64,000 nt of DNA. Source: Octopus vulgaris (taxonomy: Eukaryota). Below the pieces are notes generated by a model. The model worked only from the letters and a program-made list of their open reading frames with translations. It was not told where the DNA came from and did not search any database. Below, piece by piece: positions 53,020-64,000 of the stretch. How positions within the stretch are numbered: position 1 is the first letter of the stretch; each line of letters begins with the position of its first letter. The stretch covers positions 27,094,001-27,158,000 of the forward strand of contig OX597838.1 in NCBI GenBank assembly GCA_951406725.2. Direction: 5' to 3'. A program made the translations under genes and the position numbers.

Positions 53020-54120
53020 CTCGTTAATTTTAGCAGCATTCAATTTTGGAAAATATTTTTCTGAGACACTGAAATCTTTTTGAAATTCTAAACCCATATT
53101 TGTATGTAATATCTTCATTAAACCATGCTTAATGTGAAGAAATGGTCAAAAATTGTCTTCTTTGATCAACTATAAGAATTGATTGAATATTATTTCTTCC
53201 AATAACATAGGAAAACTCAGTTGGCCATTGTCTTCCATTATAATGTTCTGTAATAACACAACAGTAGAAACCATTAGTACTTAGTCAATACCCCCGCTGT
53301 TGTATGTCCATTAACATAGCAGTTACTTTAAGAACTCCACAAAGATTCCACTGGTGACCATTATATTAACACGTATCTCCTTGTTAATATGAAATTCTAT
53401 GAAATATAGCAAATAAGTGATAGGAATAGATGGTTTTAAATTTCCATTGTGTAATAAAACAGCTTTTTAAAATTCATAGTGATGAGTCTATAAAATGTTG
53501 CCATTTGCTACCAGCAAGCCATTCAGATAAAATTTCAAAGAATCCATAAAATTATGACAATAACAGTTGACCATTCTCTGTGGAACAAACTGCAAAATCA
53601 AAACTTTTGCTTTCTATCATAGTCTAGATATACTTTTTACATTTTCTTCAAGCAAGTACCTTTCTTTCAAATGATATTTTGAGAAGCAGTATGTTTGCCT
53701 TATTGTCTGAGAGTTCTAAATCCTTCGCAAGAATTCTGTAACATTTTTAAGGCGGTGAGCTGGCAGAATCGTTAGCAGGCCAGGCGAAATGTTTAGCAGT
53801 ATTTTGTCTGTCTTTAAATTCTGAGTTCAAATTCTGCCAAGGTTGACTTAGCCTTTAATCCTTTCGGGGTCACTTAAATAAGTACCAGTTACGCGCTGGG
53901 GTCGATATAATCGACTTAATCCGTTTGTCTGTCCTTGTTTGCCCCGTCTATGTTTAGCCCCTTGTGGGCAATAAAGAAATAAGAATTGTGTAACATTTTT
54001 GTGAGGAGTAAAAATAGAGTCTATACTCTCTGCTGGTTTGTATTTGGAACCTGGCAGAAGTCCAGAACCACTATCAATGCAATGCAATTACATCAATATT
54101 TTCTTCATCAGCATTGGATT
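53020..54120 (-). mobile_element. Decayed DNA transposase, probably Chapaev/CMC-type, interrupted by a family B SINE (53749-53980)
   Basis: Minus strand YNGHQWNLCGVLKVTAMLM, PFLHIKHGLMK, KYFPKLNAAKINEGI resemble HQWxICGDLKV / LPPLHIKLGLMK / FPKLSxAKIKEG motifs; superfamily assigned from memory. Confidence 0.65.
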
Positions 54121-54910
54121 TGAGCTCATCTTGGGGAAGAATGGAAGAGATAAAGTCATATGGATGGGAAAGAAAAGGTCACTTTGCAGCTAAATGGTTT
54201 TAAAGTTCCATCTTAGTGTATGACACCTTGAGCAAGTCTCTTCTACAAGAGCCCTGGACTGACCAGTGCTTTCTGAGTAAATTTGATAGATGGAAACTGT
54301 GTGGAAGCCCTAAATATACATGTGTATGTGTGTATGTGTTCGTGTGTGTGCATTCATGTGTGTGTGTGTGTGTGTGTGTGTAGAACCGAAGGAACAGGTA
54401 AAAATCCAGGTGAGCACCTCAGTAGCACTTCATGTAGGAACCTGGCTAGCATAATTTTCGAAAAATGGTGTAGCAAGACCAATTTCTATTATGGCATATT
54501 GAAGTTGACTAGCCTTTCATAGGCTCAGCCCATTAATCTGGCATGGGCTGGACAGTTTGACTGGAGTTGTTAAAGCCAGGCATCACACTAGGCTCCATTG
54601 TCTGTTCTGGCGTCAGCTGGATGCCCTTCCTAATGCCAACCACTCCGTAGAGTGTAGTGAGTGTTTTTAACTGGCCCCTGCGTGAGTGCTTTTTATGTAG
54701 CATAAGCACTGGTATCAATTCTGTTGTAGTGGATGGGTCCTCTCGAGTATCACAAAGCACCAAATATTTGGGTCCTTAGTCATCTCCTTCATAAGGCTCA
54801 CGCTTTAATTAATTTTGAAAATGATGAAGAATTTTATAAAATAATTTTATCATTACATTATTTACATTATTTACATTTGACAGATATTTGCCCTCATCTT
54901 GTTTGTTGTT

Positions 54911-54956
54911 AACACAATGTTTCGGCTGATATACCCTCCAGCCTTCATCAGGTGTC
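54911..54956 (-). ncRNA. Minimal type I hammerhead, stem III mutated
   Basis: Minus strand: GACAC-CTGATGA-A-GGCTG-GAGGGTATAT-CAGCC-GAAA-CA-TT-GTGTT. Confidence 0.7.
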
Positions 54957-55041
54957 TTGGGGAAATTTCGAACCTGGGTTCTCATTCCTGAGGTATTTTT
55001 CAATGTTATTATTATTACTATTATTATTATTATTATTATTA

Positions 55042-55374
55042 TTCTATGTTTGACTTTTGCTTTATATTTGTACAAGTTGGCTCCAAGTCTCACCCAGAGA
55101 CCTCAAGAGACAACAGGGTTGGAAGTTCATGTTGTTGTTATGCCTAGTGTGCCATATATTTGGGGGGTGGGGATGTTGTACTAATGAATGTCTAAAAAGA
55201 AGTTTTGTTTTTTTTTAATTTTTTTTTTTAAACCGAAAATTATGTTTGTTTTAAACCTTGAGATTACATAGAGAGTATTTTGCGTAGGATATGAGCAGTT
55301 CCCATGAGCACTATCTTTTGAACTTCTGCCATTTTTGGGTTTCCTGGTATCTGAGTTAGGTAGCTATCAGCCCC

Positions 55375-55377
<3 letters not shown>
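55042..55377 (-). mobile_element. 5'-truncated R4/Dong-like (RLE) non-LTR element inserted in (TAA)n
   Basis: C-terminal KGADSYLTQIPGNPKMAEVQKIVLMGTAHILRKILSM* (QKxxLLGTAxILR motif), 3' UTR, and (TTA)n on both sides. Confidence 0.75.
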
Positions 55378-55428
<51 letters not shown>

Positions 55429-55447
55429 CACCACATCATATGCCTGT

Positions 55448-55520
55448 GGGCATATGGTGTAATGGTTAAGAGTGCAGGCTACTAACCCTAAGATTCCGAG
55501 TTCGATGCCAGGTAGTGACC
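55448..55520 (+). promoter_or_regulatory. tRNA-like Pol III head
   Basis: A box TGGTGTAATGG 55455-55465 and B box GAGTTCGATGCC 55498-55509 at tRNA-like spacing; no intact cloverleaf. Confidence 0.7.
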
Positions 55521-55624
55521 TGAATAATGATAATAATAATAATAATAAGAAGAAGAAGAACAACAACAACAACAACATCGAAAAATACCTTAGGAATGAG
55601 AACCCAGGTTTGAAATTTCCCCAA

Positions 55625-55670
55625 GACACCTGATGAAGGCTGGAGGGTATGTCAGCCGAAACGTTGTGTT
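55625..55670 (+). ncRNA. Minimal type I hammerhead ribozyme with canonical core
   Basis: GACAC-CTGATGA-A-GGCTG-GAGGGTATGT-CAGCC-GAAA-CG-TT-GTGTT; stem I GACAC/GTGTT, stem II GGCTG/CAGCC, palindromic ACGT stem III; predicted cleavage after 55665. Confidence 0.82.
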
Positions 55671-56704
55671 AACAACAAAAAGATGAGGAGAAATATCTGT
55701 CTAATGTAAATAATGTACATAATTCCTCATCTCTTAAATATAGAACTGAATTTTATCATTACTAAGCTGATGTTTGGAACACAAATTAACATGAAATCTT
55801 GATGAAAGGTCTTAATTTACATCATTTTAAAACAAGGAAATTTGGCGTCATAGAACCAGAACCAATCTCAGGTTGTTGGTATTCAAAGGGTTAAATACAT
55901 CTAAAATTATTGTTGATGGAAATTATTTGTCAACCTGCATAATAAAACAAAAGGATATTCCAACTGTGACCATCCTGTATTATTATTTGCTTTTAAGGCA
56001 ATAGGGTGTGATTTCAAGGAGATTTGATTGTTATTTCTAGCAACATGTTGTTAACATATATGGCGGTGCCCCAGCACGGCCACAGCTTGTGAGCTGAAAC
56101 TAGATAAAATATTAAAAAAAAAAAAAAAAAAAACACAAGTGACCACATTGAGAGGCTCCCTTGTTGGCTTTTGAGAATGAAAAGATTGTGGTTGTTGTTG
56201 TTGTTGTTGTTACTATTGTTGTTCTTTAGCCCCCATATTAAACATAGTTGAGTAAATCAATGATCAAAGAGAAAGAACTTCCAGCCATGACAGTCCTGTT
56301 TCTTTCTGTAGTAGTGGTGGTGGTGGTGGTGGTAAGGGGTGTCACACATCTTATTTTAAGCTTTTTGTTTCCTTTATTTATGATTGTAGGATTTGAGTTG
56401 AGGGTGATCTGGCTGCTATTTCTAGCAAATCTTGCGACCATGTAGAGGCTCCCTCATTAGCCCTGAAGAATTAATGAGAAGTTAAGTGTTGTCTTGTGCC
56501 TTGGGGATGACCCCAAACACTTCGCTCTCTGTTCTTTACTCAGAGGAGACACTAGACACTTCTCCCTTGTTCTTCACTTATCTGGGGCAGTGGAGCAGAT
56601 AAAAGAAGAGATAACAAGACTAAAGGTCTCGGGGGGGGGGGGGGATATGGCAAACCATCCTGAGTTGCTACTTATCATGAGAGAGAGGAAGAGAGAGACT
56701 GAAA

Positions 56705-57095
56705 GAGAGGGGGAAGAGTAAGAGAGAAAGGCAAAGAGGTTTGAGAGAGTGAGGAGAGAGAAGGGGAAGAGGAAGAGAGAAAGGCAAAGAGGTTGAGAGT
56801 GTGAGGAGGAGAGAGAAGGGGAAGAGGAAGAGAGAAAGGCAAAGAGGTTGAGAGAGTGAGGAGAAGAGAGAAGGGGAAGAGGAAGAGAGAAAGGCAAAGA
56901 GGTTGAGAGAGTGAGGAGAGAGAAGGGGAAGAGGAAGAGAGAAAGGCAAAGAGGTTGAGAGAGTGAGGAGGAGAGAGGAGGGGAAGAGGAAGAGAGAAAG
57001 GCAAAGAGGTTGAGAGAGTAAGGAGGAGAGAGAAGGGGAAGAGGAAGAGAGAAAGGCAAAGAGGTTGAGAGAGTAAGGAGAGAGAAGAGGAAGAA
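56705..57095 (+). repeat. Purine-rich 54-57-bp minisatellite, about 6-7 units
   Basis: GAGAGAAAGGCAAAGAGGTTGAGAGAGTGAGGAGAGAGAAGGGGAAGAGGAA repeated. Confidence 0.92.
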
Positions 57096-57327
57096 AGACT
57101 GAGAGATTGAGAGAGAAAAATAGAAAGAGGGAAGTGTAAGCGGGAGAGTGTGGGAGAGAGAGAGTATAGTAGAGGGATAGAGAGTGGGAGAAAGGTGAGA
57201 AGAAAGACAGAAAGAGGAAACCTGGTGGGGGAGTCAGGGAGTTGGAGAGGGAGAAGGAAAAGGAGGAAGATACAAAGTAAAGAGAGAGAGAGAGACAAAC
57301 AGACAGACACACACACACACACAGATG

Positions 57328-58196
57328 ACTCTTTTACTCTTTTTGCTTGTTTCAGTCATTTGAGTGCAGCCATGCTGGAGCACCGCCTTTACTTCAGCAA
57401 ATCGACACCAGGACTTATTCTTTGTAAGCCTAGTAATTATTCTGTTGGTCTCTTTTGCCGAACCACTAAGTTACGGGGACGTAAACACACTACCATCAGT
57501 TGTCAAGCAATGTTGGGGGGAGGGAACAAATACAGACACACAAATATATACGCACACACATACAAATATATATACATATATATGATGGGCTTCTTTCAGT
57601 TTCCATCTACCAAATCCACTGGCAAAGCTTTGGTTGGCCCGAGGCTATAGTAGAAGACACTTGCCCAAGGTGCCACACAGTGGGACTGAACCCGGAACCA
57701 CGTGGCTGGTAAGCAAGCTACTTACCACACAGTCACTCCTGTGCCTATAGATGACAGAAAGATTGTTAGAGATGCGGAGAGATAGACAGAGTGGAGATAA
57801 AACAGAGTTTCAGAAATAAACTTCTGATCAGGGGTAGTGTTGGCCTGCCTCATCTAGTCAGATGGGTGGCATCATTCAAAAGAACAATGCAAAAAGCATT
57901 GTGAACAGCGATGTATAACAACATCTGACATTCTGGCTGATCACATGGTCATATATATATCCCCCCCCTCTCTCTTTCGGAGAGGCACTGAGCAGCTATA
58001 CGCACACATACACACATGACAGTAACTTCCGCCTACCGAATTCAATCAAAAAGCTTCGGTCGACTTGGGGCTATAGCGGAAGACACCTGTCCAAAGTGCC
58101 ACACAGTGAGACTGAACCCGAAACCATGTAGCTAGGAAGCAAGCTCCCTAACCACACAGCCATGCCCGCGCCTACAGCCATGCCCACGCTTATATA

Positions 58197-58230
<34 letters not shown>

Positions 58231-58841
58231 CATGTATGTATGTACATATATATGGTTCTGAGTTCAGTCCCACTGTGTGGGAATTTGGGCAACTGTCTTC
58301 TGCTATTGTCTTGGGCCAACCAAAGTGAGTGGATTTGGTAGATGGAAACTGAAAGAAGCTTGTCATATATATATATATATATTCATATATATTTATGCAT
58401 GTTTGTCTTTGTGTCTGTGTTTGTCCCCCACCATCACTTGACAACCAATGCTGGTGTGTTTATGTCCCTGTAACTTAGTGGTTTGGCAAAAGAGGCTGAT
58501 AGAATAAGTAATAGGCTTACAAAGAATAAGCCTTGGGGTCATTTTGTTCAACTAAAAACCCTTCAAGGCAGTGCTCCAGCATGGCTACGGTCAAATGACT
58601 GTAACAAGTAAAAGAATAGAAGAATGTGTGTGTATACTACTCTTTTACTCTTTACTCTTTTACTTGTTTCAGTCATTTGACTGTGGCCATGCTGGAGCAC
58701 CGCCTTTAGTCGAGCAAATCGACCCCGGGACTTATTCTTTGTAAGCCCAGTACTTATTCTATCAGTCTCTTTTGTCGAACCGCTAAGTGACAGGGACATA
58801 AACACCCCAGCATCAGTTGTCAAGCAATGCTAGGAGGACAA

Positions 58842-58904
<63 letters not shown>

Positions 58905-59070
58905 TACGATGCGTTTCTTTCAGTTTCTGTCTACCAAATCCACTCACAAGGCATTGGTCGGCCTGGGGCTATAGCAGAAGACACTTGCCCAAGATGCCAC
59001 GCAGTGGGACTGAACCCGGAACCATGTGGTTGGTAAACAAGCTACTTACCACACAGCTACCCTTGCGCCT
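57328..59070. mobile_element. Cluster of four family A SINEs (-, -, +, -)
   Basis: Approx. 57328-57745 (-), 58020-58185 (-), 58253-58620 (+), 58640-59070 (-). Confidence 0.85.
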
Positions 59071-59777
59071 ATAATAAATAAATAAATTGTGATAATAGAT
59101 AAATAAATATGTGTGTATGTGTGTATACATATGTGTGTGTGTGTACGTACACACACATATATACATGATGGGAGTTTTCCACACAGTTTCTGTTTGCCAA
59201 ATTCACTCACAAAGCCGTGGTCAGTCCTGAACTTGACACCAAGGTGCTGTGAAATGGAACTGAACTCAAAGCCACAGAGTAGCAAAGAAAGCTTCTTAAT
59301 CACCCAGCCATGCCCTACACCTATAAATAGTTGAAAAAAAAAAAAATTTCTCATCATAGTGTTATTATTTGCTCTCATCACATTTCCTGATGAAGATCAC
59401 CAGAAATGTTGGCATCAATATTTGGTCAGCAAATACAACAATGCAGAGTTGTCTCTGCCTTACAGTTATAAACTTATTTACTCGTTTCTAAGGTAACACG
59501 TTGTCAGAGTTTTTACAAACATTGACCAGCTCTGGCTATTGATACGGTTGAAGATCAATGCTTTGCTATGATGTCTACGAGACTAAAATTAAACAATAAC
59601 TAACAAATGTCTAATTGAACGACTCGCATTGAATATTTCATCTTGATACATCTGCAATAAGTAAACATTATTGATATTTGATACTGGCACAAGACCAGTA
59701 ACTGGTAGAGGGTAGAGGAGAAAAACTGTCGTTTATATCGACCCCAGTACTTGTCTAGTATTGTAGTTGATGGTATA

Positions 59778-60196
59778 AGGCGGCGAGCTGGCAGAAACGT
59801 TAGCACGCCAGGCGAAATACTTTGCGGTATTTCGTCTGCTGTTACGTTGTGAGTTCAATTTCCGCCAAGGTCGACTTTGCCTTTTCTCCTTTCGGGGTCG
59901 ATAAATTAAGTACCAGTTGCGCACTGGGGTCGATGTAATCGACTTAATATCTATGACTGTCCTCGTTTGTCCCCTCTATGTTTAGCCCCTTGGGGGTAAT
60001 AAAGAAATAGGTATTTCGTCTGCCTCTACGTTCTGAGTTCAAATTCTGCCGAGGTCGACTTTGCCTTTCATCCTTTCGGGGTCGATAAATTAAGTACCAG
60101 TTACGCACTGGGGTCGATGTAATCGACTTAATACCTATGTCTGTCCTCGTTTGTCCCCTCTATGTTTAGCTCCTTGTGTGGGCAATAAAGAAATAG
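59778..60196 (+). mobile_element. Family B SINE dimer (head plus two bodies)
   Basis: Junction AAAGAAATA|GGTATTTCG at about 60009. Confidence 0.88.
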
Positions 60197-60639
60197 GTAT
60201 AAAAGATGCATGGGCAAATGAGATGCACCCTAATTTCAACAGTGCATATTCAGGAAAATACGGTTTTTGGTGCATTAACCCTTTTGTTACTATAGGTCTG
60301 TTGAAAGTGACTGCTTTTGTTTAAATTAGTTCTGAAATTAACGATGAATTTAGTAAAATAACTGTAATTATTAAGCTGTGTTTAATGCAACGAGTTGGCA
60401 GAATTGTTAGCACATCAGGCAAATTGCTTAGTGGCATTTCATTCATCTTTAAATTCCAGTCCACTCAGCTGCAAAAGGGGTAATACCCTGTGAACTGTGA
60501 CGTGTAGCCTTCTACTCAAAAAGAATGTTGGCCTGCTTGCTTAGCCAGCAGGATGGCATCATTTGAAAGCTAAAATGATGACAAGTGCATCATCATTATT
60601 ATTTAATGTCTGCCTTCCATGCTGACATGGGTAGGACCG

Positions 60640-61130
60640 TTTGACAGGAGCTGACTGGTACTTTATTTTATCGACCGTGAAAGGATTAAAGGTATTTTAA
60701 ATTTTAGTGTGGTTTGAACATAGAATGTAAAGAGATGTAATTAGATTCTGCAAGGCATTAAATCCGATGGAATAGGAGAGAGAGAGAGGTGGGTAAGTGT
60801 GACAGAGAGAGTGAAAAAGAGAGAATCAGGACAGAAATAGAGAGTGAGACAGAAAGAATCAGAGAGAGAGAGAGAGAGAGTAGGACAAAGACAGAGACAG
60901 GCAGGAGCAGAAAGAGAAAGATACACAGAGAAGAGACTGACACAAAGAGACAGATAGATAGAAATAGAGAGATAATCAGAGACAGACAGACAGAAAGAGA
61001 AAGAAAAGATGGAATCATAAAATACATGAAAATTACTAAAAATATTCAACAGAAATAAAAGAAAGGAAAAACAAATAATTGTTCAATACTATCTTCTTTT
61101 GATTTAAAAAAAAAAATTATTTTGATTTAA
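60640..61130 (+). repeat. Left arm of an inverted duplication
   Basis: Reverse complement of ~63452-64000, including non-SINE sequence. Confidence 0.9.
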
Positions 61131-62188
61131 AGAAAGAAACTTTATTTGTTGGTTTTCTTGCTTATTTTTTTTATTTGTTTCTTTAAAAATAAATATAAAA
61201 AACATAAAATTCAAAGTATTTCTAAAGAACTTGATAAGAGAGATTGCTGCTGCTGCTGCTGCTGCTGCTACACTTGTTCAGCCCTGAATCAACATTAACT
61301 CAGTAAACCTATAACTAAATTCAACCCAGACCTGACCATCACACCTTATTTTTAGGGGTATCCCTAACTGCATTTTCCAACATGCTCTTTCCTCATTCAA
61401 GTCAGTAGCTTATGATTTGAAAGTGATTTAGCTTCTGTTTCTAGCAGCTTTAACAACCACATAGAGACTCCCTTGTTTTCTTACTAAAAATGATACCTCA
61501 AGGCACAGATATAAGTTCACCAAAATAGACTCAATTTTCTGATACCAAATTTAATAAAAATAAAAAAGATAGCCAAAATCATAACTCTGTAACTTATTTA
61601 AATGGTTATCATTTGATTCTCAGCAGTATGGCACAAAACCGAAATAATTACACGTAGTTATATATAATTATATATGCATAAATATATATATAGATACATA
61701 TAAGTAGTTATATATAGATTTATTGAGATATAGAAGATCTCTGTTAATGGGTAAGTATATTTATAAACCTGTTCACACACACAACATTTATATTTTACAT
61801 TCAACCTATATTGTGGGACATGCCCTTCATCAGCCTTAACAACTGGAGAGATCAGAACAATTTCAGAACTTTCTTCTACTGTTGTCCCCTGTATTGTGAA
61901 TTGTCTCCCCTTTCTAACTCTCTTCTCTCCCAGTCTTTCTCTCCCAGTCTTTCTCTCCTGCTCTATTTTCATTTCCCTCTCTTTGTTTGTCTACCTGTCT
62001 CTCTGTCTTTCCTTTCTCTTCCTGTGCCATGACTGTTTTACGGGTGGCAGCAATCATGGACTGTCATGCTACAGTCTGAAGGTTCAAGATTATGGTTGGG
62101 GAATTAGATGGCAGCGGTTTCCTGTTGCTTTCTGCTGGCTTCTCAACAGTTTACACTCCTAATTTCCTGCTCTCCTGAGCTTACCCAT

Positions 62189-62417
62189 TTAACCCTTTCG
62201 TTACCGTATTTATTTAGAGATGCTCTGTTTTTCTTTCAATTATTTTAAATATAACAAAGAATTTAGTAAAATAACTTAGCTATCATTAAGCTAGTGTTAG
62301 GAATATAAATTGCAACTAAGGTTTGGTGGTATATTTTGATGCAAAACTTATGAAAACAAGACATTTGTACTACAGAGCCAGAGCCGGTTTTGGCCAGGTT
62401 AGTAACGAAAGGGTTAA
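62189..62417 (-). mobile_element. Solo piggyBac-like MITE (family E)
   Basis: TTAA-CCCTTTCGTTAC ... GTAACGAAAGGG-TTAA: perfect 12-bp TIR with TTAA on both sides. Confidence 0.9.
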
Positions 62418-63451
62418 CCCTTAGACAGAGAGACACACCCACACACCAATGGGATTGTGTAACACATATCTAAGAGCCAGTCCTCATCCAAGTCTTGTAT
62501 GTATATCTTAGTCACAGGATCATCTACCATTCGGCCCATAACTTGGGTCCTTCATGTGTGCTACTGTTCTGGATTAGAGTGAAACAGAGGATATTGATGA
62601 TGAAGGGGTATCCTAATACTCATCAAAACTCCTGATCTCTTGAGTTGAAGCACACCCTGGAGGCAGTTGAATATCTTACCCAGGAGATGTCTTTCTATCA
62701 CTACTATAATGGCCCCTGTTTCTTGGAGCCAGTTGGCCCCATGCTTCCTCTACTCATACACTCCTAACCCATTCGTCTCTCCCTCTCTCATCAGCCTTGT
62801 ATTTATTTCTTTACTGTCCACAAGGGGCTAAACATAACTTATTTTACTAAATCCTTTGGTATATTTAAAATTAATTCAAAGAAACGCAAAGCATCTCAAC
62901 AGAAATATGGCAGCAAAAGAGTTAAGGGGAGGGAGATAGCTACACCGACCCCAGTGCTCAATTGGTATTTATTTTATCAACCCTGAAAGAATGAAAAGCA
63001 AAGCTGACCTTGGTGGAATTTGAACTCAGAATGTAAATGCTGCTAAACTTTTGTCTGGCATGCTCTAGCTTGTTACTTAAAATGCCAGCTTAATAATGAT
63101 TTCAAATTTTGGCATAAAGCCATCAAGCTCAGGGAAATGGTTAGGTCAATTACAACAATACCAGTGCTCAACTGGTACTTATTTTATCGACCCCAAAAGA
63201 ATGAAAAGCAAAGTTGACCTCAGTGGAATTTGAACCGAGAACGTAAAGATGGATGAAATGCCGTTAAGTATTTTGCCCGGCATGTTAACGATTCTGCCAG
63301 CTTCCTGCCTTAAACACCAGCTCAATTAATCCTTTCTACTACAGGCACAAGATCTGAAATTCTGGGGGAAGTGGGGGCCAGTCAATTACATCCACTGGTA
63401 CATAATTTATTGACCCCCAAAAAGACAAAAAAGAAAGTTCACCTTAGTGGA

Positions 63452-63720
63452 ATTTAAATCAAAATAATTTTTAAAAAAAACAAAATCAAAAAAGATAATA
63501 TTGAACAATTATTTGTTTTTCCTTTCTTTTGTTTCTGTTGAATATTTTTAGTAATTTTCATGTATTTTATGATTCCATCTTTTCTTTCTCTGTTTGTCTG
63601 TCTGTCTGTCTCTGATTATCTCTCTATTTCTATCTATCTCTCTCTGTGTCAGTCTCTTCTCTATGTATCTTTCTCTTACTCCCTCTTTCTCTTTCTGCTC
63701 CTGCCTGTCTCTGTCTTTGT

Positions 63721-63761
<41 letters not shown>

Positions 63762-64000
63762 TCTTTCTGTCTCACTCTCTATTTCTGTCCTGATTCTCTC
63801 TTTTTCACTCTCTCTGTCACACTTACCCACCTCTCTCTCTGTCACACTTACCCACCTCTCTCTCCTATTCCATCGGATTTAATGCCTTGCAGAATCTAAT
63901 TACATCTCTTTACATTCTATGTTCAAACCACACTAAAATTAAAAATACCTTTAATCCCTTCAGGGTCAATAAAATAAAGTACCAGTCAGCTCCTGTCAAA
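63452..64000 (-). repeat. Right arm of the inverted duplication (runs off the window)
   Basis: Matches 60640-61130 in reverse up to the last base of the window. Confidence 0.9.

Larger units (their letters stand above)
54857..55748. mobile_element. Composite hammerhead-bearing, tRNA-headed retroelement with inverted partial copy and 14-bp TSD
   Basis: AATTTTATCATTAC at 54843-54856 and 55749-55762; inverted arms ~54857-55007 and ~55572-55718; host is a family-E-like MITE. Confidence 0.8.

Overview
AT-rich, repeat-dense eukaryotic non-coding DNA, probably intronic or intergenic. The repeat families and the abundant (TA)n/(CAT)n/(AAT)n tracts look like an octopus/coleoid genome; this is my inference, not a database result. 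There is no intact protein-coding gene, and almost every ORF in the supplied track is a translated microsatellite or SINE. Contents: several tRNA-derived SINE families; an internally deleted RTE-clade LINE plus many 5'-truncated copies of its 3' end; remnants of mariner, maT (DD37D), Chapaev-like, BovB-like RTE and R4/Dong-like elements; piggyBac-like, Merlin-like and other MITEs; and several minisatellites. Most notable: (1) six hammerhead-ribozyme motifs of the minimal Penelope type, two inside a TSD-flanked, tRNA-headed element with an inverted partial copy (54843-55762); (2) an 8-unit tandem array of a TTAA-flanked MITE; (3) SINE multimers sharing one tail-to-body junction at three loci; (4) a candidate 93-bp symmetric exon and a candidate recursive splice site on the + strand; (5) an AP-1-motif minisatellite; (6) an inverted duplication running off the window end. 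Boundaries of degenerate repeats are approximate.
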